A stretch of DNA of 64,000 nucleotides from Candidatus Altimarinota bacterium. Lineage in GTDB: Bacteria > Patescibacteriota > Gracilibacteria > UBA1369. The number at the start of each line of letters is the position of its first letter. Positions within the stretch are counted from its first letter, which is position 1. Under the pieces are notes generated by a model that worked only from the letters and a program-made list of their open reading frames with translations, ran no database searches and was not told the DNA's origin. Shown in pieces: positions 29,303 to 41,300 of this stretch. The stretch lies in contig OY782391.1 in NCBI GenBank assembly GCA_963677745.1, forward strand, positions 640,001 through 704,000. Direction: 5' to 3'. Made by a program: the position numbers and the translations under genes.

Positions 29303-31606
29303 ATGAGAACGAAATCAATTAAAATCATTACCGCTATTGTCGCCGCCTGGTCTCTACTGTTACCGGCAACCTCACTGGCACTGACAAACATCAACGATCT
29401 TGACGTGAAATTGGCGGGTAACCGTGAAAATATCGAAATTACCGGCTTACCGGGTTCCTCGTTCGATGAAACTTTACTCATACATAATTATTCTGCGGAA
29501 AGCCAAAAACTTTCCTTTTCCGCAATTGACGTCACGGTTGAGGGACAGAATTTCATTCCGTCCAGTTCCCACCCCGAAGTTGATGACACCGCTTCCTGGA
29601 TTACCGTCCCAACCGGTGAAATCATTGTTTTACCAGGAAAAACAACCGAAATTCCCATTCAAATTACTTATCCCGAACGTGCCGGTGTGGGGAAACATTA
29701 TGCCGGAATCATGACTAGTCGCATTATTGGAAACGATCAAACAAACACCCTTAACATTGAAACCGGCATCAGAGTTTATGCCAATGTTGAAGGCAATCCA
29801 CAGTCGAAATTCAAGTTGATCAACCCCCGGCTAATCAGTTCCACAACTCAGAATCTATATTCAACTACCATCGTCAACAGCGGCAACACGGACCTTGACG
29901 GTAAGGTCACCCTGATCAATCAAGCCAACTCCAACCTTCAGTCGTCCGAAAAAATATTTTTAAAACCCGGAGAAGACCTGAAACTCAATTTGGCACTTCC
30001 TCCTCCCGGCTTTGGAGCGGAAAGACTTGTCTCTGAAATTGAACTGAATAATCAGATAAAAAGCTTTGTTTTACAGGAGGACTTTCATCTTCCCGGAGAA
30101 ATCTGGACGACCATCGCCGTGATCATGTTTTTACTGACTATCTCACTGTTTTTACTAAAAACCTTTTCCCCGGAAAAACGGAAACAGGGATTGGAAAGAA
30201 CAGTTATTTTCTCTTTTCTGCTGCTCTGTTCGTTAACTGTCGGTCTAAATCTGGATAAAATTTCCGCTCAAAACATTCTGGCGGACTCACTGCAGCAGGA
30301 CCGTACAGACAATTATCTGACCACCATTAAATGGGGGGATTTGCAGAGAGACCCTTCCACGGACGATTCTTTTACCAGCTGGAATGGATATTTCACTTTA
30401 AACAATGGTCAGATGTATCTTGTTGAAAAACTTCACAATGAAGCTGACGACCAAATCAATCTTGGATCGGAAAACAAAGTCTTGTTCTTTGAAAACGTCT
30501 CCGGCCCGGACAATGACGGCGTAATATTACTTATAAAAACGCTTCCCGGCGGGCCAGATCCTACGCTTACTATGCACAATCTCTCCACCGGCGAGGAGAT
30601 CCCGGTGCGTCTGGAAAAAACGCTGAAACAAGGACGTTTTATCAAATACAAACAGCAGGAAATCAGCATCAATTCGGAACCCGCGCCCGCCTTAATTAAT
30701 GTCAATGACGGAACTACAACCGGTCAAATTCCTCTGGACGACTTCGGTAAAGTTCTGCCGGTTCCTGAAACCCCTTCCGTAATTAGTCCTGAAATCGTTC
30801 CCGAAATTGTCGTCGAGCTGGAAAGCACGGAGGAGGTTAACGGGGTGATTACCGACGAAAATGCCACGCCCGACACTTCACTTACTGAAGCCGTTGTCGT
30901 CGAAATGCCAACCGGGCCGGTACAAATAGAAGAAACTGTCGTTGAAACTGCCCCGACAGTCAAAGACCTGTCCGGAGAAATTGCCATGTTGAAAAACCTG
31001 ATTCAGGATATCCCCGCTTCACCGGACGTCATCAGCGAATACATTCTTAACTCCGAATACGTGGAAGCGATAACCTCGGAGAATCTGACTACAATAGTCA
31101 GCGGCAACTCCGCTCTGATCAGGGCCCTCAAAGACACCCCTTTGACTATCCAGGAGCTCACTTCTACTCCAGACCTCAACTATGCTTTTATCCCTAATGA
31201 GAAAATCAAACTCGCCCCGCAAAGCTTTTCCTTCACCGAACAAAAAACTGCCGCTCAGGAATTAAACGAAATCGTTTTTGTTCAAAGAAAAGAAATCCCC
31301 TGGTCAGTCTATATGTCTATCGGTAATCTAATTTCATTATCCGGCTCAGCGGCGATTCCGTCCGACAACGTCACCATCGACCCGGGCGCTGTAAATCTGG
31401 TTACCCAAAACGGAACTGCCGCGCTGATAGAAGCTGGCATACCGAGGGCCGTCAGCGGACTAAGCGACCAATTATTACTGGTATCGATTATTCCTCAGGG
31501 ACCGGGTGAAACAACCTTTTCGATCACCCCTAAACTGAGCATTACAGTACCGCCCAGGACTCCTCCAGGCATCTACAGAGCAATGATCACCATTAGAATT
31601 ATTTAA
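29303..31606 (+). CDS. Fusion protein: DUF916-like domains + two hydrophobic segments + C-terminal WxL-like domain
   Basis: ASWITVP, PERAGVGKHYAGI, NSGNT; two hydrophobic segments; C-terminus ITVPPRTPPGIYRAMITIRII. Confidence 0.72.
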   Translation: MRTKSIKIITAIVAAWSLLLPATSLALTNINDLDVKLAGNRENIEITGLPGSSFDETLLIHNYSAESQKLSFSAIDVTVEGQNFIPSSSHPEVDDTASWITVPTGEIIVLPGKTTEIPIQITYPERAGVGKHYAGIMTSRIIGNDQTNTLNIETGIRVYANVEGNPQSKFKLINPRLISSTTQNLYSTTIVNSGNTDLDGKVTLINQANSNLQSSEKIFLKPGEDLKLNLALPPPGFGAERLVSEIELNNQIKSFVLQEDFHLPGEIWTTIAVIMFLLTISLFLLKTFSPEKRKQGLERTVIFSFLLLCSLTVGLNLDKISAQNILADSLQQDRTDNYLTTIKWGDLQRDPSTDDSFTSWNGYFTLNNGQMYLVEKLHNEADDQINLGSENKVLFFENVSGPDNDGVILLIKTLPGGPDPTLTMHNLSTGEEIPVRLEKTLKQGRFIKYKQQEISINSEPAPALINVNDGTTTGQIPLDDFGKVLPVPETPSVISPEIVPEIVVELESTEEVNGVITDENATPDTSLTEAVVVEMPTGPVQIEETVVETAPTVKDLSGEIAMLKNLIQDIPASPDVISEYILNSEYVEAITSENLTTIVSGNSALIRALKDTPLTIQELTSTPDLNYAFIPNEKIKLAPQSFSFTEQKTAAQELNEIVFVQRKEIPWSVYMSIGNLISLSGSAAIPSDNVTIDPGAVNLVTQNGTAALIEAGIPRAVSGLSDQLLLVSIIPQGPGETTFSITPKLSITVPPRTPPGIYRAMITIRII

Positions 31607-32120
31607 TCTCAACCGGTGATTCGACAGCTTCCCCAACAGGTTCTGCGCCAGTTGTCACAACATTAATTTCGGACTTGACCGTTTCGGGAATCACCTCTGT
31701 CGGCTCTGTAATCTTCTTTTTCTCCTCTATTACCGGGGTCGACGGGCTGGTTAATTGCTCATAATATCCCAGACAATTTCGTTTAATTTCATCACTGATG
31801 CCTTTCTGACAAACCTCGCGGTCTTTTGCCTCAACCGCCTGATTGGCCAAAATATGGGAATTACAGCTCTTAAAATAAACCTCATTTTTTATTTCTTCAC
31901 ATTTTTTTATGTCCTTGGTTAAAACAATGGCATTCAACTGATCCTGTAGCTTTAACAAATTAACCGTTTCGGCCTCCTGGACTTTGATCTGATCAAGCTC
32001 TTCCTGGCTTTTGGGAACCGACCCCTCCGGCAAAGCCGGCTGATTTTGGCATCCGGAAAAGGATACCAGAGCCATCAACATAACTAATAAAAATCCGTAA
32101 ATATTCCTGTTTTTTCTCAT
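31599..32120 (-). CDS. Hypothetical lipoprotein with paired-Cys repeats
   Basis: Lipobox FSGC; KKCEEIKNEVYFKSC and EVCQKGISDEIKRNC repeats. Confidence 0.7.
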   Translation of the reverse strand: MRKNRNIYGFLLVMLMALVSFSGCQNQPALPEGSVPKSQEELDQIKVQEAETVNLLKLQDQLNAIVLTKDIKKCEEIKNEVYFKSCNSHILANQAVEAKDREVCQKGISDEIKRNCLGYYEQLTSPSTPVIEEKKKITEPTEVIPETVKSEINVVTTGAEPVGEAVESPVEIK

Positions 32121-32311
32121 TTTTATTTAAATTTAAAGGGCTGGAACTAACTAGATAAAGTCAACATCTTCACTTCTTCTCAATATTAAATTAAAAATTT
32201 TAGAAGTAAATACAATATTACTGCACGTCAATTAGAAATAGAAAAAGTGAAAAGAATGTTTTAAAACAAGCAAAAATATGCTATTATATACACGGATAAA
32301 AATAAAAATAA

Positions 32312-35300
32312 ATGCGACGCAAAAGGGCACCCTCAATTATCTTTAAAAAAGGACGTTTCTGGCTGTATTTCAGTTTGGTTTTTGTTGTTCTGATATTTGT
32401 ATTATCTGCCATTTTCGGCCACCTCGCCCCGTTGACAATTCCACAGGAAGAACAGCCTTCCAGTCAAAACCTGAGTAGTGAAACCGGTCTTCCGAAATTG
32501 AAACCGGAAGATGAGCTCCAAGATTTACGAAATGAAACCACAAAGCATTATCAAAATCCGGACGGCTCAATCACAGCAGTGATAAGCGCTGCCCCTGTAC
32601 ATTACAAAGATGGCGAAGAGTGGAAAGACATTGTACTGGACATTGAGCAGAACACATCTGCAACACATCCCGATTACGCTTTTGCGAGCGTTAAAAATGA
32701 AACAAAACGCTTTTATTCGGCCTCCAGCGGAGCCCAAGGCCTAATGATAGACTTCGGGGAAGAAGTCTTCAAAGACTGGATCAACCCTGAAATGCTCTGG
32801 CTCAACTCCAAAGGAGAAACTATCAAAAGAGTCAAAGGAAATATTGTAAAAGGAGTCGCATCTTCAAAAAGCATCAACTATCCGATGGTCTATCCAAGCT
32901 CCGACGTTACCTTCGAGCAGTCCCCACAAAACAGAAAAATGGACGTCGTTCTCAAGGACAAATCAGCCCTTGCGGACATGCCAGCAGACGCCTCGGAAGT
33001 TGCCTACTGTGAAGAGATGATCGTCCCGCAAGGCTGGACTTATCAAACCAAAACCGAATCGGAAAACCCAAAAATCATCAGAGATATCAACTTCACCAAT
33101 AAAGACTCCAAAGCTGCTGTTAATCTTTATGCACCGGAAATATATGAGCAAAACGACCCGGAACACGTTATTTACGGCAGATACACCCTCAGACAAAACG
33201 GCAACGCCATTACAATCTGTAAAGTAGCACCTACAGACTGGTTGAAAGCCCCTGAAAGACAATTCCCGGTAGTTGTGGACCCCAATCTTTATGCCAGCGG
33301 CAGTATCTATACCGGAACGACTTCCTCTGCTGGAGACAAGTGGACCGGTGACCTTGACGTGGGTTGTTGGGGGTCCTGTACTCCCACCAGACGCGGCTAT
33401 GCCTATTTCGACACGTCGAGCATTATGACAGGGGCTAGTGTTACTTCCTCCAACTTAGCCTTAGCTCCCCGGCAAAATCCTGCATCAACCATGTATGTAT
33501 TTTTCTATGTAATGAGCCTGAACCCCCTGACGGCAACTGGCACCCAAATCTATAATGATACCAGCAGAAGTTATGGAATAGATACCGGTATTACCCATCT
33601 GACAACCGCCACGCTCAACTCATATCTTTCCATGACGCTCAATGCTAACGGAATATCTTACCTGGAATCAAGTTTCTCCAGCCCCAATTATTATGCCGCC
33701 AACATTTACTCCTCTACCAACAGTACTTATGCCCGCTACGACCGCTACGACAGCGGCTTCTCGCCACGCCTGTATGTCTGGTACACCCTGCCGACTATTG
33801 CCGTTACAGCCACCTCATCTTATTGGAACGGCACCAATTATTGGGTAAAATCAGGTGACAACATCACCGTTAACGGGACCACCATTGGGGCTGGTACTTG
33901 TTACGTCTATTGGGACACCGACGAGACTGCTGTTGGTACGGGAGGAGTCACCTGGAGCGATACTTGTGATGGAACTTACGTAGCGCCCTCCAGCACTACC
34001 AGTAACTCACCATATTATGTTTGTATAAGAGCATATGACGCAGGAGTCACGTCTTACACCAACTATATCTGCGATGAGATGTATTATGACTCGATAGCTC
34101 CGACTCTGACCAGCGTGGCTGTGAACAATGGCGCCGCCAACAGTGGCCAAACCGTCAACGTCAATCTCACCGGAGAGGCCGACGCAAATTCAGGACTTGG
34201 TACCGGAGCTCAAATCCGGCTGTCCTGTAACGGTTCGACCTGGTCTGCCTATACCTATTCAGACCCCTCTCCAAACTTCGACACTCAAACGGGAGCTGGC
34301 TGCGTGGCAGGTTTTGGAACCAAGACGATTTACGTTCAAATCCGTGACGCCGCCGGCAACTGGAGTGCTACGCGCAGCGACTCTATTGTCACCTGGGATG
34401 CACCCACCGTGACCGGAATCTCCCCTAATATCGGCCCCTACGACGGAGGAAATACCGTTACCGTAACCGGAACCAATTTCTACACAGGAGCAATTCTATG
34501 GATAGACACAGGCTCCAATAACAGCAACTCCTGTACGGTTAATACCAGTGCATCCATGACCTGTACCCTCAATTCATATACAGGTGCAACTGGAACTTAC
34601 GGAATCTGGGTAGTCACCCATTTAACTTCTGCCACACTACCCTCCGCCTATACCTACATGGGAGCCCCCACGATTTCCACCGGCTCCGATTCGCCCCGTC
34701 CTTTCGTCCCCTACTTCGGCCGATTGAGTCCCAATCCGGAAACCTCAATTGTCATAACGGGTACAAATTTCTATAATGGTTCAACCAACGCCCGAGTCAA
34801 ATATTCAGATATTCAAAGCGGCCTGCCAATGGATTGTGCAACAGTGACAGTTGTTAATACAACAACAATAACTTGTTCAAAGAACTTTAGTGTTGAGGGC
34901 CCGGTTACCAACTGGGCAGTGCAAACTGACAGCGGTATAACTGCAACTGTTCCAAATGGCTGGTATTCTTCCAACTATACCCTTCCCGCTGTAACCAATG
35001 CTACCGGTTACTCCGGAATGGGAATCGCCAACGTGAATTTAATTGGAGATACCACTCAAACACTGAGAATTAATAATTCAACTTCGACCCCAAACGCACT
35101 TGTTCATAACAGTACCCCGCCTTCCTTCCCCTGGTCCACCGCTTTTTACACCCATTATGGTCCCGTACAAAGCGGTACACCACCGTCCTCAACCTTAGGT
35201 ATCCCGATTCTTAAAACTTATACCAGTTATCCAATCAGTATCACTGGCGGAGCCTCTTATAGGATGAAAGTCGCAGTCTGGATAGACATCAACCGTGATA

Positions 35301-38300
35301 ATGATTTTGCTGATTCCGGAGAAATGGTCCTCGCTTATACAGATATTGGATCTGTTGGAGGAACGTTAAGCACCAGCATCTCCCTGCCTATAATAATTTC
35401 CGCGGGACAAACCAGGATGCGTGTTGGATCTGAATATTACAATCGTACCGGTGAAACTACCGGTAACGGTCCAAACGACTTCGGCGAATTTGAGGATTAT
35501 TATGTAACTTTACAAAATCAGGCGGCCCCCACTATTACCTCCGTTTCCCCGGACAAAGGCCCCCTGGCCGGCAACACACTCACGATCGTCGGCACCGGTT
35601 TCCAGACGGGAGCAAACGTCTATATTGGGACACTTGGCGATAACAATAATAAAGCCGACCCCGTCATTATTCAAAAAAATTATCCTTCACTTGGTATAGA
35701 TACCATCACCGCCGTTATTGGTCCGGGTACCCTGGTCTCCGGGACAACCTACAATGTCTATGTCCAAAACTCCGACCTGCAATACGGTACCAAAACCCTC
35801 TCCTACACCCCTTACTCTGCGCCGACTATTACGGCGGTAAATCCTTATTTTGGTCTTACCGGAACCTCCCTCTCCATCACCGGTACCAATTTTTATGACA
35901 ATAGCTCAGTCACCGCCAGTGCCACTCTGAATGGCGGTGCAATTTCCTGTTCCAGGAATAGTATGTCTACCACCACTTATTCATGCAACGCCGGATCTTA
36001 CACCCCGGCCAATCTATATACGGGAGCGAATCCATTTAATGTTTCCATCACCACTGCTTCCGGCTCGGTTAATTCCACCGGCGCTGCTTTCAATTATTCG
36101 CAATACACACTCCCCACACACACGGCGTCAGGATTAAACATTGGTATCACCAATGTCGCCCTGACCGGCGAATCTCCAACCGCACTCAACCAGCCCTCCT
36201 GGGCACCTCCCAGTATCACTCCTTCCGGCTCCCCTGCATCTTTACCCAACATCAGTGGTACCAACGCCTATTTCACCAATTACGCTCCCGGCCAGTCCGG
36301 AGGAAACATTCCGAATTTAAAAAGATATGGAACATACAATCTAAACATCACTGGAACTGCAGATTATTACAATCTGGGTGCGGCCTGGATAGATTACAAT
36401 CGTGATTATGATTTCGGCGAGACAGACGAAGATGTTGTCACTGGAGCATATATTTCAGGAGCGACCGCCAGCACTCCTGTCACTGTCCCCGGCACGGCAG
36501 GCTTGGGACAAACCAGACTAAGAGTTTGTAGCGGCAATAGTGCCTGTGATGCTTCCGGTAACGGACCCACCGCCTGGGGAGAAACCGAGGACTATGTAGT
36601 CAATATTCAGGCCGGCGACGCTCCTACTCTTTCTGCTATTTCACCTTCTGAAGGACCGGCCAATCAGGCCTATTCTGTCTCCATCACAGGAACAAATTTG
36701 CACTCGGGGGCTACTGTTTATTTCGGAGGTAATGGTGCTACAGGAGTCACCGTACAGGAAGACTATCCAGTGGACGGTACTGATACCATCACTGCTACCA
36801 CTCCCTCACTCGCGGCAGGCATATATAATGTTACAGTCACCAACAACGACTCACAGAGCGCCACTCTGACCAATAGTTATCGTGCCTGGGGCGCTCCCGC
36901 TCTTACCAGTCTCAACGGGAACGCGTTTACAGAAGCTTATTATGGAGTTCCGGCGGGGGGAAACACAATCAATATTTACGGTAACAATTTTTATACTAAT
37001 CTCGTAAATCCCATACAGGCTGCCATAGGCGGAAACGCCTGCACAAACCTGACTTTTGTCGATTCAACAAGGGTCACCTGTGTAGTTCCGACTGGCTCAG
37101 GAGAAGGAATAGTCAATGTTACGGTTACCACCGGCCCTAGCAACACTGCGACCCTCACCAACGGTTATGCCTATAATAATTATGGGCTACCACATGTTTC
37201 CGACACATCACATCTACTGGGTATCAGTCTGGTTCAATTACGCGGAGAAACCGGTTACACTGATTACATAAACAACACCAGTAATACAGTCTGGAATCTT
37301 TCCCATTCCTCCTCTCCTCCGGCTCTTCCCTACATTACTCCATATTTCACCAATTATACCCCGTCACAGATTACTGGAAACTCCACTTTGGGCATCCCCC
37401 GACTAATCAGAAACCACACCTATAGTATGACACTGGATGGTGGGACCTGGGCTGAACAAAAAGGTTCTGTCTGGCTCGACAGCAATCATGATAATGTTTA
37501 CAACCAGTCAGGAGAAATTTTGTATAATGGAGCGGTAATACCCGTCTCTGGAAACGTAACTTTTAACGTCAATATTCCTGCTAATTCACAACTGGGCGAA
37601 GCCCGTATGAGGGTTGGAACAGATTTGTACTATTTTAACGTCTATGGTCCCACCACCTACGGAGAATTTGAAGATTATCGCGTTCAAATTTTGAGCCAGC
37701 CCACCCCCACTGTCACCGATGTAAGCCCGCTGGAAGGCGCTTCCGGTGCCGGTAGTACAGTGCTGACTATTACAGGTACCAATTTTGAAAGCGGCGCACA
37801 GGTGGTAATGACAAGAGTCGGTGGAGGCAGTGGTCCTTATACTTATACTCCCAGCTCCATCACCAGTAACTCAATCACAGTCACTGTAAACAATCTTGCC
37901 AGCGGCGATTATGACGTGTCAGTGGTTCAGGCCGATGGCACCACGGGAACACGGTCCAACACTTTCTATGCCTGGCCTGCCGCAACAATTTCCGACGTTA
38001 CTCCCAACTGGCAGAGCACTTCCGGCGGCGGTGAAATTCACATATCTGGCGATAATTTTTGGGGAACCATCAGTATTATGATTGGCTCAACGCCCTGTGA
38101 TTATGCCTGGGTAGATGACCTCTCCAGCGTCTATTGTGATTCGGCACCTGCCCTCACCGCTGGAACCTATGATGTTTCCGTAACCACGGGCACAAATACG
38201 GCTTATGCATATGGCGCTATTACCTACTATGAAAATCCGACGGTTATAGCTGTCGACCCGAACTGGCAGATCAGCTCAGTGGGCGGAGGCAGTCTGACCA

Positions 38301-41300
38301 TCACAGGTACTGGCTTTTTCCCAACAGGAGTTCGACCCGCCAATACGGTAACCATAGGAGGAGTCGACTGTTCCAATACCAATATTTCCTCCTCCACCAC
38401 GCTTACCTGTACCGCCCCTAACCTGACAGCAGGCACTTATAACATCTCTGTTAGTACTCCCGTTGGCACCGGCACAGGAACGAATCTTATTTCCTATTAT
38501 TCAGCCCCGACAGTCACTTCAATTACCCAAACACACGGACCTGATGACGGAGGAGTAACCGTGGATATTTACGGTACAAATTTCCGTGCAGGCGATTCTT
38601 CGGTGACCATTGGAGGCAATCCGGCAACCGAAATCGATGTCATAAGCAACACTCATCTTACAGCAGTGACTCCTGCCGGCACCGCCGGCGCCCCGGTTGG
38701 CATCACGGTAACCAATTCCCCTGACGGACAGTCCGGCACCTTGTCCAGCGCTTACACTTATATGGATGACCCCACCTTTGCCGGCACCACCCCCTTCGTC
38801 CCCCATGCCGGTCCTTCCAACACCGGCGGCACCACCATCACCATCAATGGAACCAATTTCTATAATATAGAAGGCTCCACCCAGACCACCATTTCAGTTG
38901 GTTCCGGCAGTTGCACCGGCATCAGCATCAACGGAGCCCACACTCAGCTCACCTGTACTTTACCCTCACAAACTGCTGGGGCCAAAGACATAGTATTGAC
39001 CACTGCCAGCGGTTTTGCAGAGGCTTTTGGCGGATATATCTATTACGACGCACCAACCATCACTACAGTCGTACCAAATGCTCTGCACACCGGAGCTCTC
39101 GATAGCGGCGTTGAATTAACCATCACAGGTACCAACATCTATGACTCGGAAGGTGTTTCAAGTGCCTATGTCAATATAGGCGGTGTCTCCTGCGACCGCC
39201 GCAGTATGACCGAAGACACCACTTTTGTCTGTCATCCTCCCGACAAAGGCACCGACAACGACTACACTTTAATGCTCTATACCCGCAGCGGATCGGATGA
39301 CTACACTATCCACTATTATGACGCACCCACTGTTTCAAGCGTTGAACCGGATAAAGGCCAGGCGGTTGGTGGAGATACAGTAATTATTACAGGAACAAAT
39401 TTCTATGATGATGGAGTTGCTCCGACCACCGTCACCACTGACGCCGCCGGCCTGGTAGACTTCTGTGTCCCGGCCAGTATCAATATACTTTCTTCCACTG
39501 AAATTCAATGTACTACCGAACCCGGCACAGGTGCTGTAAACATCTATGTTAACACGCCCAGCGGACAATCCGCCGTACTCACTTCCGGCTATCGATATTT
39601 TGCGGCACCAACCGTCACCAGCGTAACCCCCAGTCAGGGTCCAATCGAAGGCGGACAGACAATTACCATTGCCGGTACTAATTTCTACGATTTAGCATCT
39701 CCGGTTACCACTGTAACAATTGGTACAGCTGGTTGCGATGATATGGTCATTGCTCCGACTTTTGACTCTCTCACCTGTACCACCCCCGCCAACACTGCCG
39801 GCACCTATAATGTCACCGTTACGACTCCCAGCGGAGCTTCCAACACCAATATAACTTACCAATATTGGGGCGCTCCGGTTATTAACGGACTTGCTCCCAA
39901 TGGTGGTCCCACCGGCACTTCTATTGAAATTGCCATCTCCGGCTCAAATTTCTATGAAAACTATCCCCCGGAACACCTTACGGTGACCGTAGGTGACGTT
40001 CCCTGTCTTTCTTCAAGTCTGCAAGCCTGGAACCATATACACTGTACCATACCGGCCTTCACGGGCGATCCGGGATCAAAAGCCGTTGTTGTGACAACCC
40101 CCAGCGGACCGTCCAATTCCTTTTATTATACATATTATGATGCTCCGACTATCACCAGACTCACACCTATCTCCGGCGCGCCAGCTGGCAACTCACAAAT
40201 ATATTTCTACGGGACTAATTTTTATGACAATCTGACCTATCCAATCAGCGTATTAATCAATAACAACCCCTGCCAGCTCTTATCTGTTGTCAGCCCAACC
40301 TCCCTCTGGTGCAACATCCCGGCAGGAACACTTCTCCAGGTTGTTGATGCGGCCATCACTACCGGCTCCGGCACTGACACCAAAACCAATGCTTTCGTCT
40401 ATGATAATTACACCGCTCCACTTACCTACGGCACGACCAACAACATGGGTCTGACCAGGGTCGCCCTTTCCGGTGAATCCTCTGCCAGTCTGACACTCGA
40501 CAACACCTCCCTGACCCCCGACAATTTAAGTCATACCTCCAACCCGCCTTCCTTGTCCTGGCCCACTCCCCTCTACACCAACTATGTACCGGTACAATCC
40601 TCCTCTCCGCCCCAGAGCAACCTTGGTGTTCCCGTTCTGGAGAGATATGGCCGATATACCTTTCAGGCAGGTAAGATTTATGGCGCAGACCAGCATCTTG
40701 GCCTGTGGATAGATTACAACAAAAACAATTCCTTTGCCGACGCCGGAGAATTCGTACTCGACGATGTCCATATGGGAATGGGAACTACCACTTACAGTAC
40801 GCCAATCGACATCCCGGCCGCCGCCGCGATCGGCACCACCAGAATGAGAGTGGGTGCTACCGCCACTTCTGAAAACCTGCGTCTGGGCGGTTACGAAGGG
40901 GTTGCTTACGGCGAATTCGAAGATTACCTGGTAAACATCCAAGCCTCCTCTGCTCCAACCATAACCGACTTCACTCCGGGTGTCGGACCAGCTGCCGCCG
41001 GCACAGCCTTCACGTTGACAGGAACGGGTATCAAGCCCGGGGCCCGTGTCTACTTCGACGTTTATCCGGGAGGACCTGAGGCCACACCAAGCCCAATTAC
41101 TTGGATGAATGACACTACCGTTACCGGATTTACCCCCGGCCTCGGTTCCGGCACCAACCACACGGTATTTATTGTTAATCCGGATAATCAATGGGCTTCT
41201 CTCAGCAACGCATACCTGGCCTACGGACTGCCAACCGTTACTGACTTGGGATACACCTATTTCGACCTTCCTGCAGGAGGAACAACCATCAACATCAACG

